Shown here piece by piece: positions 21,001-29,472 of a stretch of 64,000 bases of DNA. The translations under genes and the position numbers were made by a program. The stretch is from Pseudomonadota bacterium (lineage in GTDB: Bacteria > Pseudomonadota > Alphaproteobacteria > Caulobacterales > Hyphomonadaceae): NCBI GenBank assembly GCA_038534315.1, contig JBCAWZ010000004.1, positions 37,837 to 101,836 of the forward strand. The letters are read 5' to 3'. Numbering within the stretch: the stretch's first letter is position 1; each line of letters opens with the position of its first letter. The notes under the pieces were generated by a model. The model ran no database searches. It was not told the DNA's origin and worked only from the letters and a program-made list of their open reading frames with translations.

Positions 21001-21909
21001 ACTTTAAGCGCAGAGAATGTCTCAGCTGAGGTCGAACCGATTGCAGCACCCGACCCAATTGTCGAAACACCGACGCGCAACCTACCGCAGATCGAGATTC
21101 CAAATGCTGTCTCGATTGATCAAGCCATTGAGAATGGCAACGCAGTCGCGCAATACCAACAAGGCGCAAGACTGCTGCAAGCAGGTGATATCAGCGCGGG
21201 TGTGGCATTGATTCAACAAGCTGCCGGAAACGGCCTGGCTGTGGCTGAGTACCGACTCGCCAAGCTTCATGAAGAGGGCCTCGGTGTGCCGCGAGACCTT
21301 GGCGAGGCGCGCGTCTGGACAGAACGTGCTGCTGAGGGTGGTAATGCAGATGCGATGCATGATTTGGCCGTCTTTTATGCAGAGGGCGAAGCAGGACTGC
21401 AGTCCTATGCGGCAGCGGCCAAATGGTTCCGTAACGCGGCTGATTTCGGCTTGGTCGATAGCCAGTACAATCTGGCACTTCTGTACGAGAATGGTTTGGG
21501 CATCTCGCCGAGCGATGAGGAAGCTGTCTTCTGGTACGAGGTCGCGGCTCGCAATGGAGACGGCTCTGCACCGGGTGAAGTTCGTCGGATCTCGGCAAGC
21601 CTTGATCCGGGCACTGTCGCCGATGTGCAAGCGCGGGCCGAGGTTTGGAGGAGTGCGGAACCGGTTGGCGCCGAGAATGGCGTGTTCGGTGAACAAGTTT
21701 GGGAAGCGAGCCAAAAGGCGCAGCTCCTGGCGGTTCAAACCGGCCTAAACACACTTGGCTATGAGGCCGGAGTTCCAGATGGGATTTTCGGCGCGGGAAC
21801 GAGGCAAGCCATTCGAGCGTTCCAAGCCGATGAAGGCCTCACGCCGGACGGGCGACTGTCGAACGCGACCATCAGCGCCATGCGCGCGAAATTTGGGACC
21901 GGCGGTTAG
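18091..21909 (+). CDS. podJ: Polar organelle development protein PodJ
   Basis: N-terminal WSVKGID.RAREVAKEQARLKGITLGDYIN, long coiled-coil, acidic disordered segment, TM helix, Sel1/TPR repeats (AEYRLAKL, AMHDLAVFY, SQYNLALLY) and C-terminal peptidoglycan-binding domain (DGIFG.GTRQAIRAFQ). Confidence 0.9.
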   Translation: MSSYSSWSVKGIDDRAREVAKEQARLKGITLGDYINELLLYGHSEAGPRDQSGELLGHASVSPADPDAPSLDGLAQRIEAVEARSTLAITGIDQSVLGMLSRLESSERNTADLATNVDDLISELRDTHSALIEKVEQLETTGDNKENLDALKALERALGKLASHVYEENTLVQQETAAIKGRVETGFDDLTNRLNFVEDTVSERLKVTADKVDRAVSEASRRGGGNSEAVLRRLSEVQALVDNRVSGVEEDVVSALNHVEGTLIDVQDRLNTAEATTDTALKALEHTFAALNQRIDDVAQAADPEQAVLLRQEFEDRFENLANDLRSSVEDTREALAKEISDAALNADPQSFPALERQLTEMSGQVESQLEALAAREDQLLTTVSEKFNTLADQVDEQLAESEKRNAEAFEQVGDQVASAISRMQARHDETTARFSERLEAFGDRQDKKLSEALEHVSERMSDMQARTSDAVSPVQRAIATLAARLELVEDGDAATGDRSSLDLPEMVPFAPPETEFNDAEDSDLAFAETLEPEFEADMVDPSDMDSDDTEPVLSETESLSDTTLDYETPPESELTADDIEAPEVAFADEDGAFTETAPETDAPQDGDDEAALALSIAARVGAMAGGSPFAPPDSTADEEPEIDAGASELDAETSPEDEDFVAGIPGLEDGDALADEPDVFADAVDPFEDSTVEEEERLPTDDTELAVWNPSEDTEPEDPIFDEPEADLAADAEGPVFDDPFEFDDADDSVGDDGDVTPQAFAEDFDAADSDDPEDVFGGWDDGRDEARESDVFEGMEASTDEGDLAFEDFEGAEDVTAFDETSDDVDPEVAAATEDDLVDEDEATNYLDRARNAAIRATNDKSTRFRAHQAGQGGVDRFSAGDASPRKRMPILLAGAALMVTAAAAAGYITLRDDLLASDTSFDIQTGPVSAAVEDVTPVSAALDEVLAETEADEFAGEAESAEATPSETLSAENVSAEVEPIAAPDPIVETPTRNLPQIEIPNAVSIDQAIENGNAVAQYQQGARLLQAGDISAGVALIQQAAGNGLAVAEYRLAKLHEEGLGVPRDLGEARVWTERAAEGGNADAMHDLAVFYAEGEAGLQSYAAAAKWFRNAADFGLVDSQYNLALLYENGLGISPSDEEAVFWYEVAARNGDGSAPGEVRRISASLDPGTVADVQARAEVWRSAEPVGAENGVFGEQVWEASQKAQLLAVQTGLNTLGYEAGVPDGIFGAGTRQAIRAFQADEGLTPDGRLSNATISAMRAKFGTGG

Positions 21910-22667
21910 CCGAAACGTGACTCTGAGCCGGATGCGGCGGTCCGAGCGCGATTCCACACGATAATGGCAATGATCACCGCCGTTGCGATGCCGAGCCCGT
22001 GCAGCTCGATGCGGCTCCAAGTGTTTAGCATCACGCCGCTTAGCCCCCACAGCAGCGCAATATAATAGAACAGTCCGCGGCTAATATAGCGGGCGAACGC
22101 GCCTGCCAGCAAAACCGCCGGAACGAGCACCGTCCAGAGCGACAGCCAGACGCGGTCTGTCGCGCCCAGGCCCAGCGTTTCTCTCATCGCCGGCGGCAGG
22201 CTGATTCCGACCGCAACGGTGAGCCAACCCGCCAACAGCCCAACATTGGCGCACAGCAGCAGGCGCCCCGGCGTGCCGTCAAAGCCGCCCATTCGGTCGA
22301 GGCGGTAAGCGCCCCACCAGGCAATCGCCAGCATCGGCCACAGCATCACGGCATTGAGCCATTCCGAGCCGATCGATTGTGCGCTGATCATCCAGAGGAC
22401 ATTGCCGGCGCCGACCAAGGCCAGCGGCACGGCGAGGCGATCTGTTGCAAAACTCGGCTTCAGATTGGACAGCACGCCATTCGCCAAATAGGCGTTGAAT
22501 ATCACCCCCCAAATCGCGAAGAAGATGCCCGGTGGGAGTTCTGGAGGAATGCCACCCTCAACCGCGCGGTCACCGATCGGTTCGCCAATTCCAAGGTTCG
22601 GCAAGGCCGGGGCTGCAAATTGCAGGATGGCGATTGGGATCAGGCTGAAGCGTGCAAATGTCGTCAT
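21906..22667 (-). CDS. Multi-pass membrane protein, TspO/tryptophan-rich sensory-like
   Basis: PPGIFFAIWGVIF motif, Trp-rich hydrophobic helices. Confidence 0.6.
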   Translation of the reverse strand: MTTFARFSLIPIAILQFAAPALPNLGIGEPIGDRAVEGGIPPELPPGIFFAIWGVIFNAYLANGVLSNLKPSFATDRLAVPLALVGAGNVLWMISAQSIGSEWLNAVMLWPMLAIAWWGAYRLDRMGGFDGTPGRLLLCANVGLLAGWLTVAVGISLPPAMRETLGLGATDRVWLSLWTVLVPAVLLAGAFARYISRGLFYYIALLWGLSGVMLNTWSRIELHGLGIATAVIIAIIVWNRARTAASGSESRFG

Positions 22668-22703
22668 CTCACGCTCTTGGCAAAAGCTGCGCCTGGTGGC
22701 CAG

Positions 22704-24353
22704 TCACTTTCCTGCCTCGGCAGATGAAACCTCTTCGGGCAACAAAGCCTGAAGCGCCTCAATTCGGTCTGCTTCGCCGGCAGGCTTATCCCAGCGGATC
22801 CGATTGATGCGTGGAAAGCGCATTGCCAACCCTGATTTGTGTCGCGGCGAGCGCTGCAGGCCTTCAAAGGCAACCTCCAGAACCAGTCCCTGCTCTGCCG
22901 TTGCGGTCACCGCTCGGACCGGGCCGTAGCGATCAATCGTGTTGTCGCGAACGAATTTGTCGAGCTGTTTCAACTCTTCATCGGTGAAGCCAAAATAAGC
23001 CTTTCCAACGGGCGTCAGCGTGTCGCCATCGTCCCCGTCTCGCCAAACACCGAAGGTGAAATCGGAATAGAAGCTGGAGCGTTTGCCATGTCCGCGCTGC
23101 GCGTAGAGCAAGACCGCATCGACCAGGAAGGGGTCGCGTTTCCACTTAAACCAAGGCCCTTTTGGCCGACCCGCCTGATACAGACTGTCCCAGCGTTTCA
23201 GCATGACGCCTTCAATCTCCGGCGCAGGCGGTGTATTCCGCGCCGCCTCGAGACTCGCCAGATCGGTCAGGTCGACCAGTGGCGAAAGATCAATCCGGTC
23301 GGTGTCGAGCGACCCGACAAAGGCTTCCAAACGCTGCCGCCTTTCTCGAAAACTCTGACCGCGGAGGTCCTCATTTCCTTCGATGAGTAGATCATAGGCC
23401 CGGATGAAGGCCGGACGCGCGACCATCTGCGCTTGCGACACGGTCTTCCGGTTAAGTCTTTGTTGTAGCTCGTTGAACGGCGCGACGCCGCCATTTGGGG
23501 CGCGGATGAGCAGCTCGCCATCCAGCGCGGCGTCAAAGGCCATGCCAGCCATCACGTCTGGAAAGGTGTGCGAAATGTCGTCGCCGGTGCGAGTGTAGAT
23601 TCGGCGAACGCCGCCTTCTGAAACCGCTTGGACCCGAATGCCATCATATTTCCATTCAGCGGCAAACACCTCTGCCCGCACCAAATCTGGATCGACCGCG
23701 TCGGGATCATCACGCTTATCCTTGGTCACCAAAGGATACGCCAGCATCACCGGTCGGAAGGGCGCAAGCATGTCCGGTACTGGCTTATCGGCTGCACCAT
23801 CAAGCCAGGCAAACAGGCTTTCGTAGGGCGGCGCCAGTCCCGGCCAGACCTCTTCAATCTCGCCAATGTCGACTTTGCCATAGGCCGCGAGCGCGAGCTT
23901 AGCGAGGCGGGCCGACACACCGATCCGCATGCCGCCTGTGATCAATTTGAGCAAAGCATAGCGACCGCGCGGATCGAGGGCGTTGAGCCAGGTTTCGGCA
24001 AGCCTTGCCGCTTGCGGCCGCGTCGCGGTCTCCAACGCTTCTATGATCTCTGGCAGCTCGGGCGGCCGATTGGCGCCATGCTCGCCGGGCCAGACCAGGC
24101 TGACTGTCTCCGCCAAATCGCCGACATAATCATAGGACAAACGAAACAGGACTGGGTCGACCCGCGCCTCAACCAGTTTGCGGATCGCGCCGGCCTTGAG
24201 TGACGTCAGCTCAATGGTTCCGCTTAGCGCCGCCAACGCCCAGCCGCGTTCAGGATCCGACTGCGCCTCAAAATAACCCACCAGAAGCGCAATCTTGCCA
24301 TTGCGTGACGGGGTCAGCAGCAGCCGATCGAGCAGATTCGAGAAGGCGTCCAT
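22704..24353 (-). CDS. ATP-dependent DNA ligase (damage-response type)
   Basis: AEWKYDGIR adenylation motif, [36 protein letters not shown]. Start set at ATG 24353; the upstream ORF extension overlaps the opposite-strand gene. Confidence 0.93.
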   Translation of the reverse strand: MDAFSNLLDRLLLTPSRNGKIALLVGYFEAQSDPERGWALAALSGTIELTSLKAGAIRKLVEARVDPVLFRLSYDYVGDLAETVSLVWPGEHGANRPPELPEIIEALETATRPQAARLAETWLNALDPRGRYALLKLITGGMRIGVSARLAKLALAAYGKVDIGEIEEVWPGLAPPYESLFAWLDGAADKPVPDMLAPFRPVMLAYPLVTKDKRDDPDAVDPDLVRAEVFAAEWKYDGIRVQAVSEGGVRRIYTRTGDDISHTFPDVMAGMAFDAALDGELLIRAPNGGVAPFNELQQRLNRKTVSQAQMVARPAFIRAYDLLIEGNEDLRGQSFRERRQRLEAFVGSLDTDRIDLSPLVDLTDLASLEAARNTPPAPEIEGVMLKRWDSLYQAGRPKGPWFKWKRDPFLVDAVLLYAQRGHGKRSSFYSDFTFGVWRDGDDGDTLTPVGKAYFGFTDEELKQLDKFVRDNTIDRYGPVRAVTATAEQGLVLEVAFEGLQRSPRHKSGLAMRFPRINRIRWDKPAGEADRIEALQALLPEEVSSAEAGK

Positions 24354-24452
24354 GCCGTCGATATGGCGGCACTGAGGAGACCGGTCAAACGGCAAGACTT
24401 GCGAGCGCGGGCGCAGCTGCTTAAGCGTCACTGCTTCACTCTGGAGAGATCG

Positions 24453-25967
24453 ATGTCTGACAGTATCTTTATCGGTGGGGGCGGCCCAGAACAAAACGAA
24501 GCCCAAACCCTTTTGCTCAATCGGGCCAACCGTCACGGTCTGGTCGCGGGAGCAACCGGCACGGGTAAAACGGTGACGCTGCAAATCCTCGCCGAAGGCT
24601 TTTCGAATGCCGGCGTCCCGGTGTTCTGTGCCGACGTGAAAGGCGACTTGTCCGGCGTCAGCGTCTCCGGCAGCCCGGAGCATAAGCTCCACCCCAAGCT
24701 GATCTCGCGCGCCGAAAAAATCGGTTTCGACACCTATGGCTATGAAGCGACACCAACTGTGTTTTGGGATGTGTTCGGCGAAAAGGGCCATCCGGTGCGG
24801 ACCACGATCAGCGAAATGGGTCCGCTCCTTCTGGCGCGCTTGCTGAACTTGTCAGAGACGCAGGAAGGCGTGCTCACCATTGCGTTTGAATATGCCGATG
24901 ATGAGGGCATGTTGCTGCTTGACCTCAAGGATTTGCGCAAATTGCTCGCCCATATTGGCCTGAAAGAGGTCCGCGACGAAATCAGTCGGGTGTACGGCAA
25001 TGTCGCGCCGCAAAGCCTGGGCGCGATCCAGCGCCGCCTCCTGGTCCTGGAACGAGAAGGTGCAGACACGTTCTTTGGTGAGCCAGCGTTGAAGTTGATG
25101 GATTTCATGCGCACGACACGTGATGGGCGCGGCTATGTGAACGTGCTCGACTCGACTGTGCTGATTAATTCGCAGCGGCTGTATTCCACCTTTCTCCTCT
25201 GGCTTCTGTCGGAGCTGTTTGAGGAGCTCCCCGAAGTTGGTGATCCTGACAAACCAAAAATGGTCTTCTTTTTCGATGAGGCGCATTTGCTGTTTAAAGA
25301 CGCGCCGGGCGCGCTTCTGGACAAGGTCGAACAAGTCGTCCGCCTGATCCGCTCCAAAGGTGTCGGCGTTTTCTTCGTGACGCAGAATCCGCGTGACTTG
25401 CCGGACAGCGTGTTGGCCCAGCTCGGCAACCGGATCCAGCATGCGCTGCGCGCTTACACGCCGTCAGAGCGCAAAGGCGTCAAAGCGGCCGCAGAATCTT
25501 TTCGCGAGAATCCCGCTTTCGACACCAAGGACACGATCTCTGATCTCGGTGTCGGCGAAGCGCTGGTCTCGACCCTCGATGAGAAAGGCGCGCCGGGCAT
25601 GGTGCAGCGGACGTTGATCCGACCGCCCTCCTCGCGTCTCGGCCCGGCGACCGAAGCCGAACGCAAAGCGCAAATGAAGGACAGCCCGGTCCTCGGTCTT
25701 TATGATGAAGAGGTCGATCGCGAGTCAGCTTATGAGATCTTGCTGGCGCGCGAAGAGGAAGCGGCCGAAGCGGCGGAACACGCGGCCAAGGAAGAAGAAC
25801 GGATCCAGAAAGAGCTCGAAAAAAAGAAAGCTCGGGCCAAGAAAACCTCCCGAAAGTCACGACGCCAGACCCCAACCGAAGCGGCCATTGTAACCGGTTC
25901 ACGGACGTTTGCGCGTGAACTCAGCAAATATGTCTTGCGCGGGATCTTCGGCAGTCGAAGTCGCTAG
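24453..25967 (+). CDS. HerA-like helicase domain protein (DUF853/YjgR family)
   Basis: [53 protein letters not shown]. Confidence 0.92.
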   Translation: MSDSIFIGGGGPEQNEAQTLLLNRANRHGLVAGATGTGKTVTLQILAEGFSNAGVPVFCADVKGDLSGVSVSGSPEHKLHPKLISRAEKIGFDTYGYEATPTVFWDVFGEKGHPVRTTISEMGPLLLARLLNLSETQEGVLTIAFEYADDEGMLLLDLKDLRKLLAHIGLKEVRDEISRVYGNVAPQSLGAIQRRLLVLEREGADTFFGEPALKLMDFMRTTRDGRGYVNVLDSTVLINSQRLYSTFLLWLLSELFEELPEVGDPDKPKMVFFFDEAHLLFKDAPGALLDKVEQVVRLIRSKGVGVFFVTQNPRDLPDSVLAQLGNRIQHALRAYTPSERKGVKAAAESFRENPAFDTKDTISDLGVGEALVSTLDEKGAPGMVQRTLIRPPSSRLGPATEAERKAQMKDSPVLGLYDEEVDRESAYEILLAREEEAAEAAEHAAKEEERIQKELEKKKARAKKTSRKSRRQTPTEAAIVTGSRTFARELSKYVLRGIFGSRSR

Positions 25968-26020
25968 GGGGCAGTTGTTTTGAGGCACAGGCCATGACCT
26001 GGCCGGCGAGGTCTTATCAC

Positions 26021-26058
26021 GGGCTTTGATCTGTTCTGGCGCCCGTTTCGTATCCTTT
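26021..26058 (+). repeat. 38-bp direct repeat, copy 1
   Basis: GGGCTTTGATCTGTTCTGGCGCCCGTTTCGTATCCTTT, identical to 26562-26599. Confidence 0.97.
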
Positions 26059-26076
26059 ATCAAAGTGGATTTGCTG

Positions 26077-26511
26077 ATGCTTCAACTTCTATCTGGTCGC
26101 GCTTTCGCAGTCGCTTGTGCCTCGCTCCTGCTGTGCGGCTGCGTAACGGATATCAGTGAGACGCCCTCTAACGTGGCTGAAGAAAAGCCCGCCGCTGAAG
26201 CACGCCAGCTTGTCGGAGTTTGGGATGTCTCGCTCTTCTTCAGTTCGAGTGCGCCGCCCGCTTCAACAGTCATGGACATTCGCAGCGTCAATGAGGATGG
26301 CACATTGGAGGGCACGTTCTACAATACGCCGTTCGAAACCGCGCGCTATACGGAGCGAAAAGGAGTCGTCGCATTTAGCATCATCACACGCGACGGAAGC
26401 GGACAGTACGCGACCTCAGGACGGCTCTCCGGTGATGGGCTTGTGAACGGACAAACTTTGTCCACGGGCCGCGCTTTCATAATCACTTGGGAAGCCGAAC
26501 GACGGAACTGA
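26077..26511 (+). CDS. Hypothetical lipoprotein, predicted small beta-barrel
   Basis: ATG 26077, lipobox LCGC, G.W at the start of the domain and TWEAER at the end, alternating beta-strand pattern. Confidence 0.7.
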   Translation: MLQLLSGRAFAVACASLLLCGCVTDISETPSNVAEEKPAAEARQLVGVWDVSLFFSSSAPPASTVMDIRSVNEDGTLEGTFYNTPFETARYTERKGVVAFSIITRDGSGQYATSGRLSGDGLVNGQTLSTGRAFIITWEAERRN

Positions 26512-26545
26512 GGCGGACAATCGTGGACGCAGATAATTTGGAACG
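26508..26545 (-). pseudogene. Decayed duplicate of the 3' end of the neighbouring wHTH regulator gene
   Basis: CTGAGGCGGACAATCGTGGACGC--AGATAATTTGGAA aligns with CTGAGGCGGATAACCGTGGACGCGCCAATAATCTGGAA at ~26650-26687, with a few substitutions and a 2-nt gap. Confidence 0.75.
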
Positions 26546-26561
26546 TGCACCGAAGGGGTGA

Positions 26562-26599
26562 GGGCTTTGATCTGTTCTGGCGCCCGTTTCGTATCCTTT
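26562..26599 (+). repeat. 38-bp direct repeat, copy 2
   Basis: Identical to 26021-26058. Confidence 0.97.
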
Positions 26600-26611
26600 C
26601 AAATCGCACAA

Positions 26612-28594
26612 CTATTGGCATTCGAAATCGTCATCTCCGATTGCGCGGCACTGAGGCGGATAACCGTGGACGCGCCAATAATCTGGAAGGTTCCAATGCA
26701 TTGCGACTTCGCGGAACACGGGCGTTTGTCGATAGCCACCCGCACCTGGAAGCCAGGCTCGAGAGACGGGGAGTGGTTGTCGCCGCATATAGCCATCAGG
26801 CCCTGACGCCTTTTCCAACAGGCGGTTGGCGGCTTCGTCTTCTCCCCAAAAGCGGATTAGAATCTGTTCGCCGATAATGCCTGCGATTTCCAACTCAGTG
26901 AGCCAAACTGAGCGCAGTGCAGGATCCAGTCCGGCCTCAAGAGCCCGAACTCGCCAACGATCTTCGGTCTGCGTTTCGGCGACGTCAAACGCTCTATGAT
27001 AATTCTCCGCTGTTTCATAGTCTCCTTTCATAAGCGCTGCGAGCGCCGTCAGATAGAGGCCTTGTTCTGCGCCATATTCTGCTGCAATTTTCGCGTGACC
27101 CAGAGCCTTATCGTACTCACCAGCGTGAATGGCGTGCATGGCGAGCCCCCGGTTAAAGCTTGACGAGGTCGGATTGCTCAATTGCGCCGTTTCCAAAACT
27201 CTACGTGAGGCTGATCGGTCTCCTACACACATCAACAGCGCCTGCAGAAACATTGGAGGCGTTTCGTCGCTTGGATTGCTCGCGATAGCACGCTCATAGA
27301 AACGCCGGGACCTCACAAAATCCGCGTTCTGAAAATGCATGGCGCCAAGTGCGGCGAGCGCAAGACTGTTCTCGGGGTCCAGGTCGAGAACACGGGTCGC
27401 AAGCTGTCGCGTGGCCTCTTGGTTTTGCCGTGCCTCGCCAATTCGACCCATTTCCAATAGGTTTAATGCAGCCACTGAATGAGCGGCGGCCAAATAGGCC
27501 TGTGCAGGTACAAACTCCGGCTCATTCCTTAAAACTTGTTTCAAGATTGCGACCGCGCCATCGTCAGGCAAGACATATCGGCGGCGGTACGCTTCGACGC
27601 CGGACAGATAAATCTGATAGGTTTCAAAGTCAGGAGTGACCGATGTGGCAAATCGAGCCCTAGTTGTATCGGGGGTCTCCAATTCCGCACGAAATCGGTT
27701 TTCAATAAAATTGGCAATCTCGGCTTGTATCGCAAATGCATCATTGATTTCTCGGTCATAGGATTCTGACCATATTTGGTCGCCGGTCTTCGCATCGATG
27801 AGCTGCGCGGTAATCCGAACCCGTTCACCCGATACGCGCACCGAGCCGTCCAATAAATGGTCGACGCCAAGAATCGCGCGCATCTCGTCCACGCTTCGCG
27901 CTTGGTCCTTCATACTAAAGGAAGACGTTCGTCCAATCACTCTCAAACCATCCACACCAGAAAGTGAATTTAGAATCTCTTCCGAGATCCCGCGCGAGAA
28001 AAAGGCAATGTCATCATCTGCCGAGAGATTATCAAACGGCAATACGGCAATTGATGTTGTGCCGGCTAAGACCGGTCCTGTTTCTTGCGAAGACCGCAAG
28101 GTCAGGGTCATGAACGCCACAATGGCAATCGCGACCACCGCCATGACAAGCCCGATCTGCGGTATTGGTTTGACCGAATGGGGTGTGACTGTGTCGGCTG
28201 GCGCCGGTTCCGCTTCGGGTCTGGGAGCGATCGCTGCTGAGCCGATGGTTATATCCTGAACAGACAAGGGCGACGTCGTTGCGGCCAGTCGATACCCGCG
28301 GCGCGGCACAGTTTCGATGACTTTGGCGTCGGCTCCTCCGTTCCGGAAGGTTGCTCTCAACAATGAAATCGCCCGTGTCAGGCTTTCGTCGGCACCATGC
28401 TCTACGCCCCAAACGGCGTCGATCAGGTCGGTTCTAGAAACAACATCGCCAGTGGCCTCAGCCAGCATGCAGAGCACGCCCATCACCTTCGGCTCTATGC
28501 GGTAGTCCACTTCACCATGCCGAATGACATTTCTGTCCGGCTCAATGGTGAACGCGGCGAGCTCGAAAGCGGCCTGTGAATCAGTTTCAGCCAT
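26612..28594 (-). CDS. ToxR/CadC-like transmembrane transcription regulator (OmpR-type wHTH - TM - TolB-N-like - TPR)
   Basis: IEPKVMGVLCML...VSRTDLIDAVW...SLTRAISLLR...IETVPRRGYRL; TM IGLVMAVVAIAIVAFMTL; SIAVLPFDNLS...FSRGISEEILNSL...LRVIGRTSSF; TPR-like helices. Confidence 0.88.
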   Translation of the reverse strand: MAETDSQAAFELAAFTIEPDRNVIRHGEVDYRIEPKVMGVLCMLAEATGDVVSRTDLIDAVWGVEHGADESLTRAISLLRATFRNGGADAKVIETVPRRGYRLAATTSPLSVQDITIGSAAIAPRPEAEPAPADTVTPHSVKPIPQIGLVMAVVAIAIVAFMTLTLRSSQETGPVLAGTTSIAVLPFDNLSADDDIAFFSRGISEEILNSLSGVDGLRVIGRTSSFSMKDQARSVDEMRAILGVDHLLDGSVRVSGERVRITAQLIDAKTGDQIWSESYDREINDAFAIQAEIANFIENRFRAELETPDTTRARFATSVTPDFETYQIYLSGVEAYRRRYVLPDDGAVAILKQVLRNEPEFVPAQAYLAAAHSVAALNLLEMGRIGEARQNQEATRQLATRVLDLDPENSLALAALGAMHFQNADFVRSRRFYERAIASNPSDETPPMFLQALLMCVGDRSASRRVLETAQLSNPTSSSFNRGLAMHAIHAGEYDKALGHAKIAAEYGAEQGLYLTALAALMKGDYETAENYHRAFDVAETQTEDRWRVRALEAGLDPALRSVWLTELEIAGIIGEQILIRFWGEDEAANRLLEKASGPDGYMRRQPLPVSRAWLPGAGGYRQTPVFREVAMHWNLPDYWRVHGYPPQCRAIGDDDFECQ

Positions 28595-28723
28595 GGTCCG
28601 ATAGCGCCTTTGCCATTTCACCACGTTTTATATCGCTTGGGTTGCGAGGTTTTTCTATAGGCGATCTTTGAGACATCTGGGTAACACGCCTAAACAGACA
28701 ATTTTTTCTAATAAAAACAGACC

Positions 28724-28762
28724 CCTTAGAAACAAATCAGATTTCCCTCAGCTTCGCCTCAG
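28724..28762 (+). promoter_or_regulatory. Four hexamers phased at 11 bp; candidate wHTH binding array
   Basis: CCTTAG (28724), AATCAG (28735), CCTCAG (28746), CCTCAG (28757). Confidence 0.6.
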
Positions 28763-28826
28763 GCTTTGTGCGGCGGGCCTCGGCAGAACGGGCTCACGGT
28801 TCACACGCACAGCAAAGGAGCTCACC

Positions 28827-29162
28827 ATGAAAACCGTCCTCACATCGATCCTCGCTCTAGTCGCAGCCGCTTCAATCCCCGCATCCGCCGATCGCAGCGA
28901 TACAACGCCGTTCAGCTATAATCCGAACGAGAGCGTTGCTGAGATTTACGTCGACCTCGCAAAAACCGCCGAAACGGTTTGCGAAGCTCGTTACAAGGAC
29001 AGCGCGATCCGCGGTGTATGGGGCACCGCTGTCGCGAGCTGTGAGCGCGAATTGCTAAACGATGTCGTTGCGCAAATTGGAAATCCGCAACTGGCCGCCC
29101 TCCACAATGATGACACGCGCTTTACGGGCGGTAGCTTTGCGGAAATCCGCGACCCGAACTGA
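28827..29162 (+). CDS. UrcA-family-like secreted protein
   Basis: AAGGAG RBS, signal peptide, A..VC...C...L.DVVAQIGNPQL two-cysteine pattern typical of UrcA-family proteins. Confidence 0.65.
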   Translation: MKTVLTSILALVAAASIPASADRSDTTPFSYNPNESVAEIYVDLAKTAETVCEARYKDSAIRGVWGTAVASCERELLNDVVAQIGNPQLAALHNDDTRFTGGSFAEIRDPN

Positions 29163-29233
29163 TCCCAGAAATTGATCCCTGCAGCTTGGTCCGCGCAATG
29201 GTGCGCAAACAATGAACCAAACGATGCAGGTGT

Positions 29234-29266
29234 GTGGCGGCGCAACGGAGCGTCGCCACTTTTTTT
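29234..29266 (+). terminator. Intrinsic terminator after the urcA-like gene
   Basis: GTGGCGGCGC-aacgga-GCGTCGCCAC followed by T7. Confidence 0.85.
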
Positions 29267-29472
29267 GACGGCGATCCGGATCAAACAATGCTGATTGCCT
29301 GCGGCTTGAAGCAAGTTGAAAAGGCTGCCGACACCTGGTTTGAACTTTTCGCGTATACCGCTAGCCTCGCTGGCCCGACCGCCATCCACACGTCCAAAGG
29401 CTGCCTGATGACCCATTCGTTCGACGTAGATATCGCGGCCGCGCGCTGTGTCCTCAGACCTGGCCACACCCG

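Noticed and set aside
24354-24791. 146-aa N-terminal extension of the ligase ORF
   Set aside because: Overlaps the DUF853 gene on the opposite strand; ligase-like sequence starts at ATG 24353.
26021-26599. 38-bp repeats as a CRISPR array, integron attC sites or LexA boxes
   Set aside because: Only two copies 541 bp apart and no cas genes; no RYYYAAC/GTTRRRY ends or integrase; the internal GTTC-N8-GTTT has the wrong spacing for LexA.
24365-26655. 12-bp match GCGGCACTGAGG near the ligase start and in the regulator gene
   Set aside because: Many 12-mer matches are expected by chance in 64 kb.
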